From assembly GCF_006345805.1 (NCBI RefSeq), contig NC_043021.1, forward strand, positions 19,716,001 through 19,780,000: DNA of 64,000 bases. Reading direction: 5' to 3'. Positions 39,071 through 51,801 of this stretch are shown here, piece after piece. The translations under genes were made by a program, and so were the position numbers. This stretch comes from Octopus sinensis. Its lineage: Eukaryota. Numbering within the stretch: position 1 is the first letter of the stretch; each line of letters opens with the position of its first letter. The notes beneath the pieces are model-generated. The model did not search any database. It saw only the letters and a program-made list of their open reading frames with translations, and was not told the origin of the DNA.

Positions 39071-39736
39071 GACAGTGCTCCAGCATGGCCGCAGTCAAAT
39101 GACTGAAACAAATAAAAGAGTAAATTATGCAGTAACAGGATTGAGTTCCAGTGAAATAAACAGCACAACGGTGGAATTGCATTCTGGTATAGACGAAGAA
39201 ATATCTCAGTTTCATCTATTAAGATACGCTCGTTAATTATCCTTTGGTTAAGCAGGGGAAGTTTCAATCAATTTTGAGTGAAAGCTTTTTGTTTTTTTCC
39301 CCTCCTCTGAGCATTCGAGGATTGGAGAAGAAAGAGAATCTGCTAGGAACAAATTTGGCTAGCATCAAACATGGCTGGCAAGCTGCATACAAAAACTGCC
39401 TTTATGAAGTGTGATTGAACATTTTTGCAGTGATCAGCTTGGCTCCATCTTACTCTCATACTGTCACATGCATGGCTGCTTGTTAGTCATATTCCAAATC
39501 ATTAGAATCAATGCTATTTCCAAATAAGGGTAATGAGCTATCTATGAGTCAGATTAAAATATAACTATTTAAACTAAAACTAGATTATGATACTGGTGAA
39601 GGTGAAATTTAGGTCATATTAAAATTTAATCATTTAATCCTAACACTAGATTTGGAGTCAGACCAAAAATATAATCATTTAACTTCCTTGTTACCATATT
39701 TCTGTTGAAATACACTGCCTTTGCTTCAAATTAACA

Positions 39737-39925
39737 AAGAATTTAGTAAAATAACTTTGTCATATTTCTGTTTCAATTAATTATGGAAATAATGAAGAAT
39801 TTAGTAAAATAACTTTGTCATATTTCTGTTTCAATTAATTATGGAAATAATGAAGAATTTAGTAAAATAACTTTATCATATTTCTGTTTCAATTAATTAT
39901 GGAAATAATGAAGAATTTAGGAAAA
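39737..39925. repeat. 58-bp tandem repeat x3
   Basis: aagaatttagtaaaataactttgtcatatttctgtttcaattaattatggaaataatg repeated. Confidence 0.9.
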
Positions 39926-40526
39926 TATATTTATTATTATTAACACTTTTCTAACCATTTTTATATTGAAACATGCTGTCTCTGTCTCAGTTTTTAAAAT
40001 TAAGAATTTAGCGAAATAACTGTCATTATTAACACTTTTGTTACAATATTTTGGTTGAAATAAATTGTTCTCATCTCAATTAATTATAAAAATAACGAAG
40101 AATTTAGTTAAAATAGCTCAGTCATTATTAACTTGATGTTTGGAACATAAATAATTAAAAAAAATATACAGTACAATACTGTTTCTACTTCATGGATTTT
40201 CACCTATCAAGGTGGGTTTTGGAAGGTAAAACCTGCGATAATCAGGGGATTTCTGTATATTATTATTTGGCTAAAAGTTTAGAATATAGGTCCAAAAATT
40301 AGAATTCTTATATCAAATTCCCAAATATATATTTCTTTACTGCCCAGAAGGGGCTAAACATAGAGGGGACAAACAAGGACAGACGAAATGATTGAGTCAA
40401 TTATATCACCCCAGTGCGAAACTGGTACTTTATTTATCGACCCCGAAAGGATGAAAGGCAAAGTTGACCTTGGCGGAATTTGAACTCAGAACGTAACGAC
40501 AGATGTCCCAAATATATACATTTTGA

Positions 40527-40996
40527 AGCACCACCAGCACCAAGCAGCATTCGAGTGTGGTCATTACCAGCGTTGCCTCACTGGCACTTGTGCTGGTGGC
40601 ACGTGAAAAAACATTTGAGTGAGGTCGTTGCCAGTGCCACTGGACTGGCTCCTGTACAGGTGGCACATAAAAAAAAAAAGCACCATTTGAGCGTGGCCAT
40701 TGCCAGTACCGCCTGTCTTGGCCCTCATGCCAGTGGCATGTAAAAGCACTCACTACACTCTCGGAGTGGTTGGCGTTAGGAAGGGCATCCAGCTGTAGAA
40801 ACTCTGCCAGATCAAGATTGGGGCCTGGTGCAACCATCTGGTTCGCCATCCCTCAGTCAAATCATCCAACCCATGCTAGCATGGGAAGCAGACGTTAAGC
40901 AATGATGATGAGGATGGTGGTGGTGGTGGTAGTGGCGGCGTTGGTGATGGTGATGATGGTGGTGGTGGTGGTGGTGATGGTGATGATGATGATGAT
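40527..40996 (+). mobile_element. RTE 3' UTR fragment with expanded (GAT/GGT)n tail, between long direct repeats
   Basis: Aligns with the 33735-34197 copy; flanked by the 40181-40328 and 40997-41145 repeats. Confidence 0.8.
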
Positions 40997-42855
40997 GTTT
41001 CTACTTCATGGATTTTCACCTATTGCAGGGGTTTTGGGAACATAATACCCATGATAGTCAAGGGATTTCTGTATATTATTACTTGGCCAAAAGTTTAGAA
41101 TATAGTTTTGAAAATTTAGAATGCTTATATCAAATTCCCAAATATAGACTGCGTGGCACCTTGGGCAAATGTCTTCTACTATAGCCTCGGGCCGACCAAA
41201 GCCTTCAAATGGATTTGGTAGACGGAAACTGAAAGAAGCCCGTCGTATATATGTATATATATGCGTGTGTGTGTTTGTCCCCTAGCATTGCTTGACAACC
41301 GATGCTGGTGTGCTTACGTCCCCATAACTTAGCGGTTTGGCTAAAGAGACCGATAGAATAAGTACTAGGCTTACAAAGAATAAGTCCTGGGGTCGATTTG
41401 CTCGACTAAAAGGCGGTGCTCCAGCATGGCCACAGTCAAATGACTGAAACAAGTAAAAGAGTAAAGAGTATAGATATTTTGCATCAAATTGGGCAAAATA
41501 ACAATTTGAATTTTTTTTAAATGTTCCAAATCTTTGGCTACAACTCTACATTAGGCACAACAATAGAGATTGTCTTAGGAATCTTCGGTGAGACTGTAAT
41601 AATCTAAGTTGTTCTAAAAAGAACCAGTTTTTCTTCTTAATCATTCTTTTAATGTTTATCTTGTTTGACAGATTACAAAAAAAAAAAAAAAAAAAAAAAA
41701 CTACCATGACTTGCCATATTACATGTTTTAAACCAAAAATGTGGTGTTTAGATATCGTGTCTTAGTAAATTTTCCCTCAGATTGTGATAACAGAACGAGT
41801 TGTTCTTTAAACTGTTTTTTTTTGTTGTTATTTGTTTTGTTTCATTGTAATCTCTCTTTCTTTCTCTCTTTTACTTGTTTCAGTCATTTGACTGCGGCCA
41901 TGCTGGAGCACCGCCTTTAATCGAGCAACTCGACCCCGGGTCTTATTCTTTTGTAAGCCCAGTACTTATTTTATCGGTCTCTTTTGCCGAACCGCTAAGT
42001 AACAGATACATAAACACACCAGCATCGGTTGTCAAGCAATGCTAGGGGGACAAACACAGACACACAAACATACACACACACACACATATATATATATACA
42101 TATATACGACAGGCTTCTTTCAGTTTCCGTCTACCAAATCCACTCACAAGGCTTTGGTCGGCCCGAGGCTATAGTAGAAGACACTTGCCCAAGGTGCCAC
42201 GTAGTGGGACTGAACCCGGAACCATGTGGTTCGTAAGCAAGCTACTTACCACACAGCCACGCCTACGCCTAATGTTTTGTTCTTTTGATTTTTTTTCTTT
42301 ACTTGTTTGAGAAATTATGAAGAAGAAAGGAAAAAAAAAAGTACTTTGATTGTCATAACCTCACTGCTACTAAGAAAACCTCTCTAAGCAATCCTCGGTT
42401 ATATTGTAAAAGAACAAGTCATTCTCTAAAAAGGCTAAAATTACTTACACTCCGGCCATCTTCGTGTTCTGAGTTCAAATCCTACCAAAGTCGACTTTAC
42501 TTTTCATTCTTTCAGGGTCGATAAACTAAGTACCAGTTGAGTACTGGGGTCGAGACCCATCCCCTGAAATTGCTGGCCTTGTGCCAAAGTTTGAAATCAC
42601 TATTACTTACACACACACAACAGGCTGCTTTCAGTTTCTGTCTACCAAATCAACTCAAAGCTTTGGTCAGCTTGAGATTATATATATATAGGCGCAGGAG
42701 TGGCTGTGTGGTAAGTAGCTTGCTTACCAACCACATGGTTCCGGGTTCAGTCCCACTGCGTGGCACCTTGGGCAAGTGTCTTTTACGATAGCCTCGGGCC
42801 GACCAAAGCCTTGTGAGTGGATTTGGTAGAGGGAAACTGAAAGAAGCCCGTTGTA

Positions 42856-42925
<70 letters not shown>

Positions 42926-44241
42926 CATATATATAGTCGCAGGAGTGGGTGTGTGGTAAGTAGCTTGTTTACCAACCACATGGTTCCGGGTTCAGTCCCA
43001 CTGCGTGGCACCTTGGGCAAGTGTCTTCTACTATAGCCTCGGGCCGACCAAAGCCTTGTGAGTGGATTTGGTAGAGGGAAACTGAAAGAAGCCCGTCGTA
43101 TATATGTATATATATATGCGTGTGTGTCTGCGTTTGTCCCCCTAGCATTGCTTGACAACTGATGCTGGTGTGTTTATGTCCCTGTAACTTAGCGGTTCGG
43201 CAAAAGAAACCGATAGAATAAGTACTGGGCTTAGAAAAGAATAAGTCCCGGGGTACGAGTTGCTCGATTAAAGGCGGTGCTCCAGCATGGCTGCAGTCAA
43301 ATGACTGAAACAAGTAAAAGAGTAAAGGAGTGAAAAAGAGTAATATATTTCGGTGCAAATGGTATTGTTAAGGAGTGTCGAGTTTTACAATTCTGTAAAT
43401 AATAATAATGGCATTTTTTTTATGAGCTTAAAGCTTATAGCAATCAGCGTGCAAGTGACTAAGAAAAATAGTCTAATAATGGGGCACATAAGCCCACGAC
43501 AGAAAATATTAATATTATTACATTAAACATGATACATGTATTATTTAATATATATAAAAAATATGAACAAATAGGCGCAGGAGTGGCTGTGTGGTAAGTA
43601 GCTTGCTAACCAACCACATGGTTCCGGGTTCAGTCCCACTGCGTGGCATCTTGGGCAAGTGTCTTCTGCTATAGCCCCAGGCCGACCAATGCCTTGTGAG
43701 TGGATTTGGTAGACAGAAACTGAAAGAAGCCTGTCGTATATATGTATGTGTGTGTGTGTTTGTGTGTCTGTGTTTGTCCCCCTAGCATTGCTTGACAACC
43801 GATGCTGGTGTGTTTACGTCCCTGTCACTTAGCGGTTCAGCAAAAGAGATCGATAGAATAAGTCCCGGGGTCGATTTGCTCGACTAAAGGCGGTGCTCCA
43901 GCATGGCCGCAGTCAAATGACTGAAACAAGCAAAAGAGACAAAAGAGAAATATCCATATAGACAAATATATATATACATATATACACACATAAGCAAAAT
44001 GTATATACCTAATAGTGCTACCTGGGGCGGACCCCCACTCCCGCTAGCTACGCTAGTGATTGGATGGTTTGACCAGAGCTGGCCAGCTGGGAATCTGCAC
44101 CATGTTCCAGTCTGATTTGGCTGCAGTTCTATAGCTGGGTTCCCTTCCTAATACCAACCACTTTAAAGTGTGTGCTGAGTACTTTTAACATGCCACTGGC
44201 ACGAGTGCTTCTATGTGGCACTGGCACAAACACTTTTTACA

Positions 44242-44767
44242 TACCGTAAATCCTTGAGTATAATCCGCATTTTTTTCCCAAAATTTAAAGGTCAAAATCC
44301 CTAGTGCGTACTATATACGAGACTTGGACATTGCTATGAAAATTATTTTCTAAGCAATGTCCGAGTCTCTATTTGCTGTCCGGCAATGTTTATTCAGGCG
44401 CATTTTGTGATGTCGGGCGCAAAAATACCTTAAGCTAAGCTTGAAAGCAATGAAGTCATAAAAGAATCATCCATAACTTGCAGTAAGCAACATTTATTAA
44501 ACGTTATTTCTGTTATTTCTTTATTTTCTGCAAACAAAATGCACAAAAAAGCTACACATTTGCATTATGTTATATATACAAAAATAATGATAAAGGACAT
44601 TACAATATACAGTTTTACAAACCAAGGACATTATATAGACCTCCTTGACTCAAGTTAGAGAAGGGGTGTGTATTATACACAAGGTTTAGGTTTTTCAGAG
44701 ATACAGCCCCCTAAAAATCCCCTGCGTATTATACTCAAGGGTGGACTATACTCGAGGATTTACGGTA
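44242..44767. mobile_element. Tc1/pogo-type MITE with TA duplication
   Basis: TA|CCGTAAATCCTTGAGTATA ... TATACTCGAGGATTTACGG|TA; second copy at 54511-54984. Confidence 0.9.
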
Positions 44768-44789
44768 TATTGGGTGGGTGTGCATAGTG

Positions 44790-45612
44790 AGTGCATATAA
44801 TTGCTAAGTGTGCATAGTAAGTTAGTATATCAGATGAATGTATAGTGTATACACTATGTGAGTGTATATAGGCGAATGTATAGTGTGTACACTATGTGAG
44901 TGTATATAGTGGGCAAGTATGTATACTAGATGAATGTGTACAGTGAGTGTATATAGTAGGCAAGTGTGTATACTAGATGAATGTTTACAGTGAGTGTATA
45001 GTAGGTGAATGTATATAGTGTGTACACTATGCGAGTGTATATAGCAGGCAAGTGTGTATATAGCAGGCAAGTGTGTATACTAGATGGGTGTGTACAGTGA
45101 ATGTATAGTAAGTGAATGTATAGTGTGTACACTGTATATACAATAGTTGAATGTGTACAGTGAGTGTATAGTAGGTGAATGTATATAGTGTGTACACTAT
45201 GCGAGTGTATATAGCAGGCAAGTGTGTATACTTGTTGAATGTGTACAGTGAGTGTATAGTAGGTGAATGTATATAGTGTGTACACTATGTAAGTGTATAT
45301 GGTAGGCAAGTGTGTATACAAGATGGGTGTGTACAGTTGGTGAATGTTTATAGTAAGCGTGTATAGTAGGTGAAAGTATATTGTAGGATACACTATGCGA
45401 GTGTATATAGCAGGCAAGTGTGTATACTTGTTGAATGTATACAGTAGGTGAATGTATATAGTGTGTACACTATGTAAGTCTATATGGTAGGCAAGTGTGT
45501 ATACAAGATGGGTGTGTACAGTAGATGAGTGTATAGCTGGTGAATGTTTATAGTAAGCGTGTATAGTAGGTGAGTATATATAGTAGGTGAATGTATATTA
45601 TAAGTGAATATA
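44790..45612. repeat. complex GT/AT-rich minisatellite
   Basis: gtgtatatagtaggtgaat / gcaggcaagtgtgtatac modules repeated in ~90-100 bp blocks. Confidence 0.85.
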
Positions 45613-46751
45613 GCAGTCGTGGACAAACTGTGGCCCATGGACATTCAGGAAAATCCTTTGAAATTTTTCCCGTTAGTCGTGCAGTCCACCTGATGATGAA
45701 TCATGCTTGATGCAGCCAGATTCTGCAAAAAAGGTTGTCCATGTTCGGTACGAGTGATGCAAGAGCGAATCAGAAAGGTCAGTGTTGAAAAGTAGCCAAG
45801 AAAGGTCAGCGTGTGAAGTGAACGAAAAGTCAGCCGTTTCATATTGGTCAAGTCGGAAGATACGAAAAAAAAAAGAAAAAGAAAAAAATAAATAAAACAA
45901 AAACAAAAAAAACCCGGCCAGTGGTCAAAAGTAAGGGACAAAAAGTGAGTAGTGGGTGAAGGGGTAGGGGGAGAACGAAGTAGATAGACTGCCTTTATTA
46001 CTCATCATCATCACTATCATCACAACCATCATTACCATTGCTATTATCACCATAATTGTCATCATCTTATCTTTGTTGTTGTTGCTGTCATCATCACCAT
46101 TGTCCCCCCCCCTCATCGTTATCATAATCATCATCATCAGGATCATCACCATCATTGTCGTCATCATATCCTCGTTGTTATCATCACCATCATCATATCC
46201 CCCTCCTCCTCATCATCAACATTATCATCTTTGGCAGCTATGGAGATGGTGCCAGCATCATCATCATCACCCCACCCCACCCCCCGCCCCGCCCAACCAA
46301 TATTTCTCTCACCAGCCCCTGTGAAAAATTATCAGCAGGGGAAAACTCATAAGGGATGGGAGTTTCTTTAGGATCACTTGAGCAGCTAGAAACAGCAGCC
46401 CCCACCTTCACCCTTTCATCCCAAGTCCTCCTTGGCTTCCATACATTTTGTGATTTTTCATACACAGACCCAGGAAGACATGGGAGGTGGTAAAACAAAC
46501 ATTGAGCCTGATGGAGCCAATGACAAGTGACCAGGACCTTTGGTGATATGCTGTTCTTGAGAAAATTTGTCAAGCCAAGTGAAACTGTAGTGGTGGCCAT
46601 TGCCAGTGTCACGTGACTGGCACCCGTGCCAGTGGCACATAAAAAGCACCCATTACACTCTTGAAGTGGTTGGTGTTAGGAAGGGCATCAAACTGTATAA
46701 ACCATACCACAAAGCAGCGAACTGGCAGAAACGTTAGCACACGGGGCGAAA

Positions 46752-47295
46752 TCATCATCATCATCATCATCATCATCGTTTAACGTCCGCTTTCCATGCT
46801 AGCATGGGTTGGACGGTTCAACTGGGGTCTGGCAAGCCCGAAGGCTACACCAGGCCAGTCAGATCTGGCAGAGTTTCTACAGCTGGATGCCCTTCCTAAC
46901 GCCAACCACTCCGAGAGTGTAGTGGGTGATTTTATGTGCCACCGACACAGGTGCCAGACGAGGCTGGCAGACGGCCACGCTCGGATGGTGTTTTTTATGT
47001 GCCACCGACACAGGTGCCAGACGAGGCTGGCAGACGGCCACGCTCGGATGGTGTTTTTTTTTATGTGCCACTGACACAGGTGCCAGACGAGGCTGGTAGA
47101 CGGCCACGCTCGGATATGGTGTTTTCGGTGTTTTTCTTATGTGCCACCGACACAGGTGCCAGACGAGGCTGGCGAACGGCTACGATCGGATGGTGTTTGT
47201 TACGTGCCCACGGCACGGAGGCCAGTCGATGCGGTACTGGCTACGGTCCCGTTCGGATGGTTTTCTTATGTGCCACCGGCACTGGTACCACAGGG
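46752..47295 (-). mobile_element. RTE 3' UTR with four amplified ~63-75 bp modules
   Basis: gtgccaccgacacaggtgccagacgaggctggc at about 46936, 46999, 47065 and 47141; (ATC)n tail at left. Confidence 0.85.
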
Positions 47296-47309
47296 ATACA
47301 AATTCCACA

Positions 47310-47722
47310 GTATTTTGTCTGCCACTACGTTCTAAGTTCAAATTCCGCCGAGGTCGACTTTGCCTTTCATCCTTTCGGGGTCAATAAATTAAGTACCACT
47401 TATGCAGTGGGGTCGATATATATTTCTTTATTGCCCACAAGGGGCTAAACATAGAGGGGACAAACAAGGACAGACAAAGGAATTAAGTCAATTACATTGA
47501 CCCCAGTGCGTAACTGGTACTTTATTTATCGACCCCGAAAGCATGAAAGGCAAAGTCGACCTCGGTGGAATTTGAACTCAGAACGTAATGGCAGATGAAA
47601 TATGGCTACGCATTTCGTCCGGCGTGCTAACATTTCTGCCAGCTCACCGGCTCTGGGGTCGATATAATTCGTTTGTCTATCCCCTCTGTATGTAGCCCCT
47701 TGTGGACAGTAAAGAAATAAGA
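47310..47722. mobile_element. family B SINE nested in antisense inside another family B SINE
   Basis: The plus copy breaks at ggggtcgatata (47409-47420) and resumes at ggggtcgatata (~47656). A full minus copy lies between. Confidence 0.8.
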
Positions 47723-49039
47723 AACCATGTCAAATCGGACTGGAACTTGGTGCAGCTCTCTGGCTTACAAGTTCCAGTCAAACTGTCTAACCGATGCCGG
47801 CATAGAAAGCAGACACTAAATGATGATGAGGATGAATGAGCTTATTGTATAAAGTGCTCAGATGCATTACAAGCTCATGCAATCATAAACACAATGCTGA
47901 GCTCAGCACATCATCATCGTTTAGCGTCCACTTTCCATGCTGGCATGGGTTGGACGGTTCAACTGGGGTCTGGGAAGCCAGAAGGCTGCACCAGGCCCAG
48001 TCTGATCTGGCAATGTTTCTACGGCTTGATGCCCTTCCTAACGCCAACCACTCCGAGAGTGTAGTGGGTGTTTTTTAAGTGCCAGGCGAGGCTGGCAAAC
48101 GGCCACGATCGGATGGTGCTTTTTACGTGCCACTGGCATGGAGGCAGTCGGGGCGGCGCTGGCAATGGCCATGTTCGGATGGTTCTCTTATGTGCCACCG
48201 GCACTGGTATCATGGCTACGATTTCCATTGATGTTGATCGATTTTGATTTTGATTTTGTTTTCCACTTGCCTCAACAGGTCTTCACAAGTAGAGTTTTGT
48301 GTCCCAAGAAGGAAAGGTATGCATAAAGCGGATTGAGGCCAGGAGTGTTATTAATACATACGCTATTGCTTGATAACCAGTGTTGGTGTGTTTATGCACC
48401 TGCAATGTAGCAGTTCAGCAAATGAGATTGATAAAATAAGTGCCAGGCTTAAAAAGAAAGGTACCGAGGAGTGGGGTGATCCATTCAACTAAATATTCTC
48501 CGAGGTAGTGCCTCTGCATGGCCACAGTCTAATGTCTGAAATAAGTAACAAATGAAAGATAATATTTTGGTCCCCTTTTCAAACCCCAGAGCACCACCAC
48601 ACACATTAAGAGAAAAATACTGTGAGGATGAGAAGTCTGCTTCCCAACCACATGGTTTCAGGTTCAGTCCCACCTTGGGTAAATGTCTTCTACTGTATAG
48701 CCCTGGGCCGAACAAAGACTTGCGAGTGGATTTGGTAGACAGAAACTGAAAGAAAAAAAAGCCGGCAAGCTAGCAGAATCGTTAGCACACCGGGCGAAAT
48801 GCTTAGCGGTATTTCGTTAACTGTTACATTCTGAGTTCAAATTCCGCCGAGGTCGGCTTTGCCTTTCATCCTTTCGGGGTCGATAAATTAAGTACCACTT
48901 ACGCACTGGGGTTGACATAATCGACTTAATCCGTTTGTCCCCTCTATGTTTAGCCCCTTGAGGGCAATAAAGAAATAAGAAGCTCATCATGTGTGTGCAT
49001 GTTTGTCTCCCACCATCACCTGGTGACTGGTGTTGATTT

Positions 49040-49369
49040 GTATCATAATCCTCATTTGGTCAAGCTTAACCCGCACATGCCGTCCACCTCGATCCTACAT
49101 TACTTGAAAGGGGTCTTCAGGGGAGGCACCCGGTGTCTCTGCTGAGTTGATCTACGTACATTGTGTTTGTACGACCTGTTCTAGTACAGCCATGCTTTGG
49201 AATCCATAACAGTAGGTCACCTGCCAGCAATGTCCCACAAAGTGCAAAGCAGGAGATCCCTATACAACGTTTTCTGGTGGGATGAGTTATCCAAGACATG
49301 TCTAAGACTGCTCTTAACATTCAGGTGTAAGTTCCATCCAGCTTGGATTCCAGTTTTTTTGGTAAATGT
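49040..49369 (-). mobile_element. RTE-X-like LINE C-terminal remnant
   Basis: MLRAVLDMSWITHPTRK...LLLWIPKHG..RTGR..TMYVDQLSRDTG, matching the pattern RMLR.vl.isW..HpT...LLW.P.HG...RGRP..TY.DQL..DTG. Confidence 0.65.
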
Positions 49370-49543
49370 CAGGCGCAGGAGTGACTGTGTGGTAAGTAGC
49401 TTGTTTACCAACCACATGGTTCCGGGTTCAGTCCCACTGTGTGGCACCTTGGGCAAGTGTCTTCTACTATAGCCTCGGGCTGACCAAAGCCTTGTGAGTG
49501 AATTTGGTAGACGGAAACTGAAAGAAGCCCGTCGTATATATGT

Positions 49544-49595
<52 letters not shown>

Positions 49596-49960
49596 TGTGT
49601 GTATTTGTGTGTCTGCGTTTGTGCCCCTAGCATTGCTTGACAACTGATGCTGGTGTGTTTATGTCCCCGTTACTTAACGGTTCGGCAAAAGAGACTGATA
49701 GAATAAGTACTGGGCTTACAAAAGAATAAGTCCCGGGGTCGATTTGCTCGATTAAAGGTGGTGCTCCAGCATGGCCGCAGTCAAATGACTGAAACAAGTA
49801 AAAGAGTAAAGTGTAAAGAGAGCTGTTGTAGCATATAAAAGAACTTTCACAGGATAAAGAGGCTAATAAAATAAGTACTTGGTTGTCAGAGAATTTCTAT
49901 AATTTCATTATTTACAATGTTTACATTTGACGGATATTTGTCCTCATCTTGTTTGTTGTT

Positions 49961-50006
49961 AACACAATGTTTCAGCTGAGATACCCTCCAGCCTTCTTCA
50001 GGTGTC
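49961..50006 (-). ncRNA. minimal hammerhead-like ribozyme (left arm)
   Basis: GACAC-CUGAAGA-A-GGCUG[GAGGGUAUCU]CAGCU-GAAA-CA-UU-GUGUU. Confidence 0.6.
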
Positions 50007-50273
50007 TTGGGGAAATTTCGAACCTGGGTTCTCATTCCTAAGGTATTTTTCGATGTTATTATTATTCAAGTCACTGCTTGGAATCGAACTCAGAATCTTG
50101 GGGTTAGTAGCCCGCACTCTTAACCACTACACCATATGCCCATGGGCAGAGCGCAGGCTACTAACCCCAAGATTCCGAGTTTGATTCCAAGCAGTGACCT
50201 GAACAACAACAACAACAACGATGACGACGAAAAATACCTTAGGAATGAGAACCCAGGTTCGAAATTTCCCCAA

Positions 50274-50319
50274 GACACCTGATGAAGGCTGGAGGGTACA
50301 TCAGTCGAAATGTTGTGTT
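50274..50319 (+). ncRNA. minimal hammerhead-like ribozyme (right arm)
   Basis: GACAC-CUGAUGA-A-GGCUG[GAGGGUACAU]CAGUC-GAAA-UG-UU-GUGUU. Confidence 0.6.
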
Positions 50320-50400
50320 AACAACAAACAAGATGAGGACAAATATCCGTCAAATGTAAATAATGTACATAATGCCTCGTCTCTTAAATATAGAACTGTA

Positions 50401-50765
50401 TTTCTACAATTTCGCTAACCCCAATACCTTATTTCTTTACTACCCACAGGGGGCTAAACATAGAGGGGACAAACAAGGACAGACAAACGGATTAAGCCGA
50501 TCACATCGACCCCAGTGCGTAACTGGTACTTAATTTATCGACCCCGAAAGGATGAAAGGTAAAGTCAACCTCGGCGGAATTTGAACTCAGAATGTAACGG
50601 CAGACGAAATACGGCTATGCAATTCGCCCGGCGTGCTAACGGTTCTGCCAGCTCGCCCCAATACCTGGCTTCCTAATTTTCCTAATTGTAATCCAATGGA
50701 TTACTATGTGTGGGCCACAGTTGAGAAAAACAGCAACCACCCTGCTTGCAACACCGAGGCTGAGT
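50401..50765 (+). mobile_element. Tc1/mariner (maT/DD37D-like) transposase fragment split by a family B SINE (50430-50657, -)
   Basis: Joined sequence reads FYNFANPNTWLPNFPNCNPMDYYVWATVEK (WPP.SPD.NP.DY..W motif). The SINE is flanked by the TSD ccaatacct at 50421-50429 and 50658-50666. Confidence 0.75.
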
Positions 50766-50924
50766 CAGTGACTTGAAAACAATAAGTACTTGGGTCAATT
50801 TGTTCGACTAAAGCCCTTCGAAGAGGTGCCCCAGCATGGCCATAGTCTAATGACTGAAACGAGTACGAGATAAAAGACAAGAGATTAAACACATATTGCA
50901 ACAAAGAAGACATGTTTAAATGAT

Positions 50925-50930
50925 TTTATT
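50925..50930 (-). terminator. likely POLR2L polyadenylation signal AATAAA
   Basis: AATAAA 60 nt downstream of the POLR2L stop codon. Confidence 0.6.
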
Positions 50931-50990
50931 AAAGAAAAATAAATTTGTTAAAAACTGGAGTTTAATGAAGGAAGCAGGTCAGGTAATAAG

Positions 50991-51801
<811 letters not shown>

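Larger units (their letters stand above)
49920..50360. mobile_element. head-to-head palindrome of a tRNA-headed, hammerhead-tailed SINE-like element
   Basis: Centre TGCCCATGGGCA (50137-50148). Each arm has a tRNA-like head, an (AAT/AAC)n linker and a tail with a hammerhead motif. A third tail copy lies at 61350-61485. Confidence 0.85.

Noticed and set aside
46936-47200. Regularly spaced repeats resembling a CRISPR array
   Set aside because: Intervening sequences are also repeated, the array is part of an RTE 3' UTR, there are no cas genes, and the context is eukaryotic.
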